NCBI GenBank assembly: GCA_004431415.1
Contig: QPMI01000572.1
Span: forward strand, 248,001 to 312,000
Origin: Cyanophora paradoxa CCMP329
Taxonomy: Eukaryota > Plantae > Glaucophyta
Reading direction: 5' to 3'
DNA: 64,000 nt
A program made the translations under genes and the position numbers. Under the pieces are notes generated by a model. It searched no databases, was not told where the DNA came from, and was given only the letters and a program-made list of their open reading frames with translations. Below are positions 36,905 to 49,311 of this stretch, in pieces (position 1 is the first letter of the stretch; every line of letters starts with the position of its first letter).

Positions 36905-39900
36905 TTAATTATAAGGCTGGGGCCCGGGGGAGATATATGTAAAGTTCTCGCGGCCGGCAGCGGGGCCCGGCCGGCTCGCCTGGTCGAGGGTATTCTCTGG
37001 CAACTTGTTGTCCTCGAGCTCGGCGCATGACTGGCACAACCAGTCCCCTTCCCTGCGGCGATTGCGAATCAAACCACTGGTCACGGGTGAGATGATCATG
37101 AAGCACTGGTGATGTTATTTATGACGGCATCGCGCAGTTGCCCGGCGCACCGCCCACTACTGTTTCCGTGGTACGTCATCTGTTACCAATTGCAACAAAG
37201 GCGAGACCGCATTTGCAACCAATTCGAATTCCGGAATTCGACAAATAATTACCACGTCAAAGCTGCCCTTCATTTTTGCTGCCCAAATCTGCGGGCCACA
37301 TTAAAAACTTGGACTAAAATTCTGAGGGGCTCTAGATCTGTAGCACTACCTTTTGGACCTTTTTGTACAAGTGTCGCTCGCCGGGAATGGCTTGGTAAAG
37401 CTGTACATGTGACCCGAGTGAGCAAGCGCGTCACGGCGTCGCATGCAGCTGCGAGCGCGCAGCTGCGAGCCTCAGAGCGCGCGCGTGCACGTGCATACCT
37501 TGGCGAAAGTCTAGAGCGTCATGGCATTGCATGTCGCGGCGCGGAGGGGAAAGACGTTGCAGCGTCAGACAGCTGCGGGGAATCGACCGGCTGCAGACCT
37601 AGGCGCGAGCCTCACCTCGTCTCCTGTCGTGCCGAAACCTCGACGCGATTAGCTGCAGCCGTCGCACGCGCGAAAATCGAAGCGGCGGGGGCCGGGCCGG
37701 GGCTGACCGACGGGGTAGATGTCGGCGGGCTCGCGGGGGTTGTCGTCGCTCGCAATCGCCATCACGACCCAGTCTGCGGCTCCAGTGAGTTTCAAGATAT
37801 CCTTTAATTATAATTTTCCAGCGCACCGCCTTCCCGGCCCTGTATATGTACGAGAACGACGTCACATACAATCGCAAGCTCGAGCTCGAGGCCGTGCACG
37901 TGGCAGTTATAGCTAGCTGGAGCTCGTGTAGTAGAGCAGCGCGAACCTTATTAGCTCCAAAAGTGGGCGCTTCTTTCGACTTGAATGCGAGGACAGGCAC
38001 CTTTTTCCTGCGCAGGCGCCAATTATTATCCGATTGTAATCATGAGACGCTTGACAGCTTGAAAGCTTGCGGATGGCATGTGCTTAAGCATACTTCGAGC
38101 GCAGTGCGCCTGTCGTCGCCTCACCTGTACAACTTGGCGTGTTTCTTGAAATATTCCTGCGACGCAGACGGGTGATTGTGATCACAAGAGGAGCGTCGAC
38201 GGCGCGAGACGAGCTCGAGCGCAAGACGGAGCGACGAACCTGCGTCTCGCGGTCGCCGCACTCCTCGCCTCTGGCGAACCCTTCCAGGCGGCGCATGCTG
38301 TCGAGGACGTGCTGCGCCGACGGGCGGTCGCTCCCGTGCAGCGCCACGCACGCCTGGGCCAGCTGCGCACGCAGAACCGCGTCGCGTCGCGCTCGGCCAT
38401 CGAGGCTCACTGGATATGTGAGCCGGTCCGGCGGCGGCCGCGCGCGGGCGGGCGGCCGGGGCCGGCGACGTGATCGTACAATGAGAAGACGCACCGCGAA
38501 GAGGAAGTTGAGGACCTGAGGGGGGCAGACGCCCGCCTCGGGCCGCTTGTCGGCGACGTCTCCCGCGGAGGCTTTGCCGACGTTCGCCTGCATGCGCGGC
38601 CAAAAAATAGATTTCAGCGTCCATATAAAGACATGCTGCAGACGTCAACAACGAAAGCGCATACGCACGCTCAGCGTGTTGACGAGCGAGCGCTGCTCGC
38701 GCTTCGGGGCGAATCCCACGAGCCCCGTGAGCATCTCCAGCACGATCACGCCGAACCTGGGGTACATACACAACGCGGTCTGTCAGCCGGGGCAGGACAC
38801 ACGCAGGCCTAGGGGCCCGCGGCCGGTGGCGCAATCGCGAGGGAGATGGCTCGCGATCGAGCTCACCCGAAGACATCCGAAGTAGGAGTGTACTGGCCAG
38901 TGATGACTAGGGGACAGAATTCGAAGGGGTCAGGCGCCCGCACGAGCGCAGGCAGGATGAGGCCGGCGCGGGCTCAGTCGACTCACAGAACTCGGGGTCC
39001 GTGCAGCCGATGGGAAACGAGTCAACTCGAACGCTGCGAGCGTCTGCGAGGCAACGTCGACCGGCGCGGGACCGCTCTCATGATCAGGGCGACTATTTTC
39101 TTTCTGTCGAAATCAAAGCAGGCCGCACCGGGGGCGGTGCAGAATGCAAGGCCGAAGTCGACGATGACGGCGGAGCAGCGGTCGCCCCCGTCGGGCTCGA
39201 CGATGACGTTCGCGCTCCGCAGGTCGCGGTGGATCATGTCGTGCTGGCGGCGCCCGCGGCCGCGGGCGGGGAGCCGGTCAGCACGAGATGGCGGCGGCGT
39301 CATCGCGTCTAGACGGGGCGTTCTGGATGGAGAGGTCCAGGGGGCGCGCGGTCTAGACGGTCATCTGAAGGGCCGGGGGTGTTTCCGGTTCGTCTAATCA
39401 TGACTCACCTCGGCGAGGTGAGCCAGGCCCTCGCTGTGGCGCGCGCGCTCAAGCATCAGCTTCTCATCGGGCGGTGCGCCGCTGCGCCCCGGCCGGCCGT
39501 GGCCGGCGCATGCGCGCGCACGCGATGTGGATGAGGACCTGCACGCGCTGCGGCCACGTCAGGACCCCGCGCTGGCTCTCGTCGTCGGGCTTCTCGCGCA
39601 GGTACGACTGGGGAGCGCGGGTCGCGATCAGAGCAGCGCGGGGGGTGGGGGGGGGGGGGGGGGGGGGGGGAGGGGGGGGCCGTTGGGCACCTCGAGCGTA
39701 CGGGTCCCGAGCTTCTTGTAGACGACTACGAAGGCGCCGGCGGGGATGGTGCCCTCGAGCCGCGTGCCGCACTTTGCGTCCGTGTAGCTGTAGGGCACGG
39801 GCCGGGGCACGCGGGTGCAGCCGATGTACTCCGCGATGCGCCTGTGCGCGGGGAGTCGCTTCAGGGCCCTTACCTCTGCCTCCTCGGCCGAATTCGAATC

Positions 39901-40654
39901 CGGGTACACCCGCTTGTACACCTTCGCCGCGATCTCGATCTCGCGATCCCGCCTGAGGACGCCTTGGTACACGATCCCTGGGCGCGCGCGCGCAGCCGCG
40001 GCAGCCGCGCGCGCAGAATCAGATCGAGTGCTAGTGAGCCCTGGGGCACGACTAGCCGCGCGCACGCGCGTCGCCGCGTCCGCGCACCGAAGTTTCCGGA
40101 CCCTATGATGTTGCGGCTCGCGTACTCCCTGCGGGGATATCGACGGCGTCAGGCGTGCGACGCGGCGATCGCGAGGTCGCGAAAGGAGCGCGCACCCTGT
40201 CGCCCGGAAGATCTCGTCCGCAGTACACGAGCGCGTAAGCTCACCATGGCTAGCCGCGGTATCGCGCGCCAGATCCGAAACCTCAGCTGCGCGAGCAATT
40301 GCAAGCAAGGAAGATTACGTAGACGCCGCGGCCGCGGCCGGCACCCGACCCGCGAACACGAACGGCGAGCGGGGTTCGTCCGACGACGGCGTACGCACCG
40401 GCATCATGCATATGGCCATGGCCAGCGCCATGGGCGCCAGCAGCTGCAGCTGCAGCGGCCGTGGCCAGCGCCCCGGCAGCTGCGGCCGGCTGGCCGGGAT
40501 CGCTGTCCGCTTTGAGCCTCTTTCTGCTGGACTCCTCATTCTCTTGCACGCGTATACGTACGCGCGAAGGACCAGCCGCGGCCGAGGTTGACGCTGCTGC
40601 GCCGCTGACGTCAACGTACTTCGGGCTCGACGCTCCAGATCCATTCGAGGCCAT
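36905..40654 (-). CDS. Cytoplasmic Ser/Thr kinase of the RLK/Pelle/IRAK type, with a C-terminal extension (3' end uncertain)
   Basis: Spliced: TADEIFRATG|EYASRNIIGSGNFG|IVYQG...IAAK...LTWPQRVQVLIHIA|EGLAHL..|HDMIHRDLRSANV...IVDFGLA...|GCTDPEF|FITGQYTPTSDVFG|FGVIVLEMLTG...ACV....DRPSAQHVLDSM. No signal peptide or TM segment before the kinase domain. Confidence 0.88.
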
Positions 40655-41307
40655 TGCTGCACTGCCAATTTCACTGCCAACCGATCGCGAGGGATCTGTG
40701 CACGTGGCCCAGCGATCAACGCGCGAATTGGAACATGAATGGGAATCATGAGCGGCGGGCCGCCGGCGGTTACTACGGAAACTGATGCGTTAGGACTGCG
40801 GCAGTTACGAGAGAGTTGGGCGTACGAGTACGAGCCGGACGATGCGGAAGGGGACCCGCTTGACAACTTGCCGATGTCGATGACGTACCCCCCCCGGCAG
40901 CTCGGACAGCTCCAAGCGGCTAACGCCCGCTCTCCCGGGCCCGCCTTCCGGCCATCATAACCGGAACAGACCGCCTACTCGATTTTCTCCGTGTCAGCGC
41001 GCCTGGCGGGGTGTGCCCAACTTAGTCGGTTCGGCCCAGCGGCCCAGGCGGTAACCGCAGCCGGGCGAGGCCCGAGTCGGGACTCAGGAGCTCCATTGGC
41101 CACTCAGGCGACGTAGCTAGAGCGTCCGGCCCGCCCCGAGGCCGCAGTCTGATAGCTTGCGGCACTGCTGCTGCGGGAGGCGCTGGCGCGCTCATCAACG
41201 GTAGAGCCTGCTCGTTAGCGGCGGTGCGGCCGGCAGCCCACCCCCCGGACCCGCGCCGCGAGCTAACCCTCGCGACGCGCAGCCGACCGCGCAGCTAGCA
41301 GCCGGCG

Positions 41308-44300
41308 ATGGATCTGCGCGAGGCGCTGCTGCTGGTGCGGGCGGGGCAGCTGGCGCCCGACGACGCGTCGCCGGCGCAGACGCCGGGCTCCTCCATGCGC
41401 CGCCGCAAGAGCATGGCCCGCAAGTCCGTCTTCTTCTCCGAGGACGGCGAGGCGGCCGGCAGCCGCCGCGAGAGCCTCCAGCTGCGCCGCGACTCGGTGC
41501 GCTGCGCCCCTGCACTCCGCCCCGCCCAGCTCGGCTCCGCACGCGCGCGCGCGCGCCGGCGCCGACGACGGGGCGGGCGCGCAGGAGGGCCGCGGCTCGT
41601 CGGCGGCGCCGGGCGAGGCCGTCGGGAGCCGGCGCGCCTCGACGGAGGCCGGCGGCGACGCGGTGCCGCCGAGCCGCCGGCGCGTGAGCATCGCGCCGCC
41701 GCCGGACGACGCGGCCGGGGCCAGCGGCCGGAGGAAGATCAGCCTGACCATGAACGCCGAGGGCGAGGGCGGGCTCCGGGAGGCGGCGGAGGCGGCGGCG
41801 GCGGGGGAGCAGGCGGCGCATGAGCGTGCTGGCGCCCCCGGGAAGGTGCGCCCCGCTTGCTTGCCCGCCGCCGCCGCTGCCGCCGGGGGGCGAGCGGGGG
41901 GGCGGGGCGCAGCGCCGAGGGGAGCCAGCGGCGGGTCTCGATCATGCCGCCCGGCGAGGGGGCCACGAGCCAGCGGCGCATGTCCGTCAAGCTACCGCCG
42001 CCACCCGCCGACGACGATGGCCCGAACATCACCGTCGCGCCCCCGAGCTTCGGCGGGCCCAACCGCCGCCGCAGGCCCGCCCCCGCCCCCGCCCCGCCGC
42101 CCCGTCGCTGCTTCCCTTTTGCTTATCGCGTACCCCGGCAGCATCCAGCAGTTCCTTCAGCCGCTCCAGCCCCCGCCCCGCCCCGCCGAAGAGGAGGTGC
42201 GCCGTACCCCTAATCGAACGGGACGCGCGGGGAATCGACCCGAACCCGGGGGCAGACCGCGGCGAAAAAGGCGTGGTCCAAGGCCGGCGTCAAGCTCTCC
42301 CTCGCGTGCGCCGAAAATGGGGTTACGGGGATCGGGCGCGGCCTGAGCTCGGGGCGGGCGCAGGACGAAGCTGATGCTGGTGGCCAAGAAAAGGGGCGAG
42401 GAGGACGAGGACGAGATCGCACGCAAGGCCCGCTACGAGCAGATCAAGGTAGGCCCCAGCCAGCCCGGGGGTACGCCTTTTCCGCAGCCCGGGAACGCGT
42501 ACCCCCTGCAGAAAGGGATGAAGCTGGATCTCCTCCCGGAGGTGAGGGAGCAGCTGGCCGAGGAGTGCGTAACCCCACTCACCCGCTTTCCAACTCCTTT
42601 CTCTTCGATTCGCTCCGCCGCTCACCGCCGCCCGCGCGCGCAGGTGCATCGGTGCGCCTGGAATTCCCCCCCCCCCCCTCCCGCCATCCCCTTTCAAACT
42701 CGTACCCCAGTGGCGCTGAAGAAGGAGGCGGACGAGCGGTCCGACTCGGACCTGCGGAGCCTTTTCACGCTCCTCTCCACCCTCCGCTTCTTCGACCAGC
42801 TCCCCGTAAACACCCCCCCCCCCCCCCCCCCCCCCCCCCCGAGCTATACTCCGCGCTCGCTTCTTCTTTCTTTTCATTCTCGGCGCAGTCGGCGCTGCGG
42901 CTGGAGCTCTGCTCGGCGGTCGCCTGGTGCTCCTTCGTCCCTGAGGAGCAGCGTGCGCCGTACCCCCGCTCTTTTCATCCCCCCCCCCTCTCCCGACCGC
43001 CGCCCCGCGGCAGTCTTCGAACAGGGCGACGACTCGCGCTCCGCGTACGTCATCCTCACGGTACGCCCTCCCCTCCCCCCCTCCCCCCTCCCTCTCACCC
43101 GGGGGGCCAGGGGCGGGTGGAGGTGGCGGGGGAGGGGAAGGCGGCGGTGGAGCTGGGCCCCTTCGGCGTGCTGGGCGAGGCGAACCTCGAGCGCCAGCGC
43201 CTGCGCTCCGCCACCGCCACCGCCCTCGACGAGGCCCGCCCCCGCCCCTACCCTCCCCCCCTCGGCTTCCCGGGGACCCCCTCTGACGCGTACCCCCCCC
43301 CCCAGGTGGACTGCCTCGTGCTCGAGAAGTCCGACTACGACCGCGCCCTCCGCGTGCGCCGTACCCCCCTCCCCGACGCGGCTTCTTCGTACCCCCGCCG
43401 ACGGCGCGGGGGCAGACGTGGCGGGAGCGCGAGGCGCTGGGCACCGCAATGATCCTCAAGGCCTTCGCCCCCCTCCAGGTGCCCCCCGTACCCCTTTCCC
43501 CCCGCCCCCCTCCCCCTCACCTGAGCCTCCTCACCTGAGCCTTCTCCTCCCCCCCCTCCCCCCGCAGAAAAAGACGACGGCAGAGCTGGTGAGGATCGGC
43601 TACTTCGCGCAGCGGCGCGCCTTCCGCCCCGGCACGGTCATCGCCCGGTGCGCCCCGCTCGCTCTCCCCTGCCGTCCCCTCCGTTCGCTTGCGAGGGCGG
43701 GCGGGCGGGCGGCAGGGAGGGCGAGGCGGCGCCGACCTTCGCCTTCGTTCGCTCGGGAGTCATCCGGGTGCGCGCGCGCGCGGCTCGCCTGCCCAGGGGC
43801 TAGAGACAGGGGCTCCTGCACGGGAGTCTGGCTCCGTTCCCCTTGCGTCCCTCGCGCGCCGCCCCCCCTCGAGCTGAACGGGGGCGGCGGCAGCTGGTGA
43901 CGGACGTGGCACTCTTCGACGACGCGGCGGCGGGGCGCGACGCCGCCGTCTCCGGCTGGCGCACCGTCGAGGCGCGCCCGCGTGGGGGCTCTAGAGCGAG
44001 GCGGCAGAGGCCGGGGTCGGGGCCCAGGGAGCTCGCGAGCTAACGGGGGGGCGCAGGTGGGGCTCGTGGCGGCGGGGGGCCACATTGGCTGCGACGAGGC
44101 CTTCGACGATTGCCCCGTGCGCGACCCGAACCCGAGCTCGAATTCGATCCGATGCGAATTCGATCCGACGCGAATTCGATCCGCTGGGGCCTGCAGGGGC
44201 GGGGCCGGCGGCTGTACACGTACGTGGCGGCGGAGCCCTGCGAGCTCCTCTTCTTCCACCCCAAGGACGCCATCCGCACGTGCGCGCGCGATCCCGAGGG

Positions 44301-44950
44301 CGACTCCTTCGAATTTGATCTGCGCCGTACCCCCCTTTGGACGGCGCGGCCGTGGGCGGCGCGGCTCAGTCTTTTTTCGCCGCAGGTTCGGCCACGAGGC
44401 GCTGAAGCAGATGAAGGAAGGCGCCCGCCTCGCCCACGAGTGGCGCAACGAGCGCGTCGAGATCCTGGTTCGATCCCCGCCGGGTCCGCTTTCTTTCCCG
44501 CGCCGGGCAACCGACGCGGCGCCGCAGGGCCGCCCGCGGGTGCCAGCCCTGGCCGGCCTCACTCGCGCCTCGCCCTTCGCCGCCGCCGCCGCCGCCGCCG
44601 CCGCGCCGAAGGCTCCCCCAAGTCCCCGAGCCGCCCGTACCCCCGAGACCGCCCGCCCCCAGAGCTCGCATACCCCCCGGGACCGCCGCCTGCGCCGTTT
44701 CCTGGACAAGGTGGCGCCTAAGGTACCCCCCCTGGCCCCGCCCCGCCCCTGGGGCGTGCCCAGGCCCTTCCCCCCGCGCGTCGCGTACCCCGCTTCGGCC
44801 CGGGGTACCCGCGACTCGGGGGCCAAGCCCCAGGCGCAGCGCGCGCCGCAGCCGCCGCCCAGGACAAAGGCGGCTCCGCAGGCGCCCCGCATCTCAGTCG
44901 AGGCGCGGGACTCGGGGTTCGCGAGCCTCCAGCCGCCCGGGCTCTCCTAG
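41308..44950 (+). CDS. Tandem cyclic-nucleotide-binding domain protein (CNBD2-like)
   Basis: ERSDSDLRSLFTLLSTLRFFDQLP; CNBD1 VFEQGDDSRSAYVILT|GRVEV...LGEANLERQRLRSAT..|VDCLVLEKSDY; CNBD2 FRPGTVIAR|EGEAAPTFAFVRSG...YTYVAAEPCELLFF. Low-complexity N- and C-termini. Confidence 0.82.
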
Positions 44951-45382
44951 CTCCAACTCCCCCGCCCCCGGCCCCGGCCCGCTTCCCACCGGGCCTGTTG
45001 TAGAACTTGCCCATCTCCGATCTGTATTCAAAGCGCCAGAGTAAGTAAGTATACCAGTGAAACTATGACTATGATATTGAATACCACTAGAACTGCACAG
45101 CCTGCCTTTTTCGTCCTACCCGCAGCTGGGGGGCCCCTGGCCTGGCTTTTAATTATAGCTACAGGCTCAAGCTCAAGCTTCGAGGCTTGATGTTCTATCT
45201 ACGCGCGCGCGTCCCCCGATGTCAACCTCGAGCTCTGGATCCGGTATCCGGATCCCCAGCTAGCCGGCGCCAAGCTCCCAGGGCCGGGCCGGGCCGAGGC
45301 TCGATCATCGGATCATCGGATCATCGGATCCTGGCTCCACCCGGCCCTTGGCCAGCTAACGCTCCGAGCCCATGGCAGAAAT

Positions 45383-45479
45383 CGCATTATTATTTAATTG
45401 GTACCGCATTAATGAAGTGCGCGCATTACTAAGTAACTCATGATCATAATCATGATATCGATCACGTGTTTTACGGTAC
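45383..45479. mobile_element. Right-end remnant of the AATTAATGCG-type MITE
   Basis: cgcattatt...ccgcattaat..aagtgcgcgcattactaagt[insert]gtgttttacggta aligns with the right end at 57083-57140. Confidence 0.65.
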
Positions 45480-45489
45480 TACGGTACCT

Positions 45490-45877
45490 GTCTGCTTCCT
45501 CAGGCTGTTATTTATCTTTCTCACTTCTGTCCTCCGCTTGTTACAAAGTACTACGGTAAGTGATGTGGTTCCCTCATGATAAGCTGTTGATGGTATACCT
45601 ATCTCTAGATCTAGTGCTTCACTATGTCTGTCATCCTCTGTCTCAGTGACTCGCTATAGAGATGCTCGGGCTCGTTCGCTCATCGATCGTCTCTTCTCGC
45701 GCTCGATTTGTCTCTGTGTCTTTCGACATCCTTTTTTATAGTCGATTTTGACTTTTTGTCTTGACTTGTCGTTCTTCGTGCTCTTTTCTTAGGTATTTTG
45801 TTTCTTTGTCCTTGAGCCCCACGAGCAGCCCCCGCAGTGCTGGTGTCTAGAGATTGTGGCCGGTAATTCACCAAAAA
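45490..45877 (+). mobile_element. 5'-truncated 3'-end copy of the same LINE family
   Basis: Aligns to ~29610-29963. Shared terminus gcagcccccgcagtgctggtgtctagaga(c/t)tgtggccggtaattcacc followed by an A-tail. Confidence 0.88.
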
Positions 45878-46029
45878 GAAGAACTAGCTCAAGTGACAGT
45901 GAGACTGAATTAAAAGAAAAGAGTGGTACGAAACGACTCAAAGAAACTAATACATGCGTATAAAAAACATTAAAAAATACTGGGCTATTCAGAAGCTCAT
46001 CGAAAGCCTCAAGGCGTAGCCCCCGCGAC

Positions 46030-47865
46030 CTACGCCGTCTCGTCCACAGAAGAGAGCGGCCGCATGCGCACTGCGGCGGCGGCGGCGGCGGCGGCGGCGG
46101 GCGTGCCCGGGCTGTCGAAGTGGACGCGGCCCGAGGCGGGAGGGGGCGGCGAGGGCGAGCGGGCGTCCCTGTACCCCTCCCCGCCGTCGGAGGCCTCCCC
46201 GTCGCCCTCCGCCGCCGCGTCCGAGGGCCGCGCGGGCAGCCCCGCCCCCGCAAGCCTCTTCTCCAGCTTCTCCGCCCACTCGAGGAGCTTGTCCACCTGT
46301 ACCCCCCTGAGAACAGGGCGACCCGGTACCCCGGGATCTCCCCTCCCCCGCGGCACCTTCTGAGTCACGTTCGCCACGTCGGCTCGCACCGCGCTCACCT
46401 GAGAGCGGGGCGGGGTGAGGCCAGGGTCACGCGAGGCGAGGGGGGGTCGAAGGGCCGGGAGGGGGGTACGCGAGCCTCGATGTCGACGGGGCGGGCGCCG
46501 CCGCCCTCGAGGCCGAGCTGCCGCCCGAGCCTCCGGAGCTTGCGCCAGTCCCTTATCTTCACGTATCTGCCCTCCCCCGCCCAGGCTCGGCTCGGGCCCC
46601 GCAGCGGCAGGGGAGGGAGGGGGATGGGGAAAATGGGGTACGTACACGTCTGCCGCGTGGTGGCCGCCCTCGGCGACGGAGCTCGAGAGGGGTACGCCGT
46701 GCAGTAGGTCCCCGGGTACCGCCCTCGACTTCTGCAGAGGAGAGAGGGGGGAGAAGTTCAGGCGGCGTCCGGGGGTACCGAAGGCTGGAGGATTCCGGGG
46801 TACCGAGTTGCGGGCGGAGCGCCAGGCGCGCTGGATCACAGCCGCCGCTTGCTGCACGGAGTACGTAGTTACTTTGAATCCAAGGACAACGCGGCGCGGC
46901 CTGCGCCCCGGGGCGGGGTACAGACGCGCCTGGCGGATGGCGGACTTGTATTTCGAGCGCTCGAGGTACGCCATCACCTGCGGGATGAATGTACCCCATC
47001 CAGAATCGGAAAGTGGTCCAGGGAGATTCGAACCAGGTTCTCGGAGCCGGAGAGCATGAGCTCCTGGGAGATGACGGCGACGAGAATGGCCGTCAAAACC
47101 GTCCCCAGCGCGCTACGGGAAAGGATTAGGGGAGGGTACACGAAAGCGAAATGGGGGCCGGGGGGCACCTGTCGATGACGGCCATGGCCCGCCCGAGGGG
47201 CGTCACGGGCGAAACGTCGCCGTAGCCCCTGCGCGCGCGCGCCAGGGTACCCGTCAAGAACCGAAGGCGCCGCGCCGCGGGTCCCTCCACGCCCTCTGGC
47301 GCGCGGGGCGCAGCAAGGAAAGCGCAAGGCCCGGCCCGCCCTCCAGGTCGTTGCCGGCCACGTGCGACCCCACCCCCCCCTCTTCCCCCCCGGGGTACAG
47401 GCGCACACGGTGTAGACGGTGATGAGAGTGAGGTAGAGGCAGCTCCAGAAGTCCGCCAGCTCCGACTCCCCGTCCACCGCCGCCGGGATCCTGGAGGGAG
47501 GCGGGGGGGGACCGTCGGCGCAGCGGAGGGGAGGGCAGCGGAGGGGCGGGGCCGCACCACCGCTCGAAGATCCAGGTCTGCTCGAGGCGCGGGGCGGACC
47601 GTCGGCGAGGGAAGGCGCGGGGGCGCCGGGCGAGGCGGGGCGGGTGCGGACGAGGTAGGCGCAGACGAGGACGGTAAGGAAGAAGAGGGTGAGGAGGACG
47701 CGCATCGGCCGCGCCTTCAGCGCGATCTTGAACGCTGGTTCGTCCGTCCGTTCGTCCCTCGATCAGAAGGGGAGGGACGGAAGGAGGACTGCGGGCACGC
47801 CCGCACCCAGCATCGAGTCCAGCTTGCAATTCGTCAGGGACGCGATCTGGCGGGTACCGGGTCAG

Positions 47866-47897
<32 letters not shown>

Positions 47898-49311
47898 TGG
47901 CGCACGAAGCGGCCGTGCGTCGTGAAGAGGTCCGAACGGAGGTAAAGGAGGCCTGCGGGGGGGAGAGAGACGGGGCGTGAGGCGCGGGCGGCGGAGACGG
48001 GCCGGACACCCCATTCGAGGGGGTACGGGGACATGCGTGGGAGTGGAGAGGGGGGGGAGGGGGGTACGGGCGCACGGACGAAGAGGTAGCAGCGGGCGAT
48101 GGTGGCCGAGCAGAGGAGGCCCTCCGTATACAAACCCCCTGGGGGGTACGCGGGCTCCCGGTGAGGGGGGGGGACGCAAGGGGTACAGGAGGCGGGGGCG
48201 CACGCTCGGGGTTTGTGTTCCAGAAGGGCGGGGCGTGCACGGCCAGGATCAGCATCTCCAGCACCGCCCGCCTCCCCATCCCGCTCGAGAGCACCCCCGT
48301 CCCCTGCCGCGCCCCCCCCCCCCCCCCCCCTCAGGTTCGGGTCGGGCGCCCCGGGGACGGAGGAAAGAGGGGTAGAGGGGGTACCGGGGGTAGCAGGTTC
48401 TGGTGGATCAGGAACTGTACCCGGGCCGAGAAGTAGGCGAATGTGATGGCGACTGGGCGGGCGGGGTACGCGCTTCGGAGGCGGTTCCGCGGGGAGGGGG
48501 GTACTGCGGTGCGCACCGATGAGGGCGGTGAGAAGGGAGTTCGCCAGCTTGATCTGACGGGGCGGGGGCTTCGGACAGGGGTACGGGGCCGGCGCCTCGA
48601 AGCGAGGGAGGGTACCATGTTGCAGGCGAACTCGCCGCGCTCTGAGAAATTGGTGCGGTACCGGACCTCCAGCTGGGGCGTGACGGATCAATGGGGGATA
48701 CATTAGGGAACCATAGATCGGGCTACCAGGGCAACGGAGAGGCCGATATTAAGCACCGCGATGAGGCACTGGAGGGTGATGCAAGTGCGCATCCTGGGAA
48801 CATCGGCAGTCAAGCCCGGGGCGAGAGAGCAAGCGCTGCGAGCGCGCCTGTGCATCGATTCGCGCAGCGCGAGCGTCGCCGACGATTCCTTCGCGATGCG
48901 CCCGCGCTTGATGATCTCAGACGCGACTGCAGGCAGCCGGTCCACCTGCGGCGGCATCGGCGCGGGCAGCGGGGCAGCGCAGATCGATGCGGCGAGGCCG
49001 ACCTTCAGCCTTGTCCAGTTGTCCGCCATGTTCACGAAGCGACTGAACGAAGCGCGCGCCTTATCTCGAGTGCTCTGGCGCCGCGGCGCGCGCAGGTTAG
49101 CCTTCAGAGCCCCCGGCCCGGCCCGCGGCTGGCGGCCCCTGGCCAGCAGTTCGCTGCAGCTTACCTGGGTCAGCGACGCGCTCTGCAGTGGCGCTCCTGC
49201 TGCCGCGGACGGGGTCGCCCTTGCCTGCAGCGATTTCCAGGCGCGGCGGGCGGCGACGCTGTTCTCCTGCTCCTCTTCGGACGCGGCCGGCTTAAACGTC
49301 GACTCCTCCAT
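46030..49311 (-). CDS. Small-conductance Ca2+/calmodulin-activated-type K+ channel (SK/KCNN-like)
   Basis: TM helices; LEMLILAVHAPP; IARCYLFVR; IASLTNCKLD; FKIALKARPMRVLL; pore FWSCLYLTLITVYTV|GYGDVSPVTPLGR (TVGYGD filter); S6 GTVLTAILVAVISQELML; CaM-binding-like AAAVIQRAWR; C-terminal coiled coil. Confidence 0.9.
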
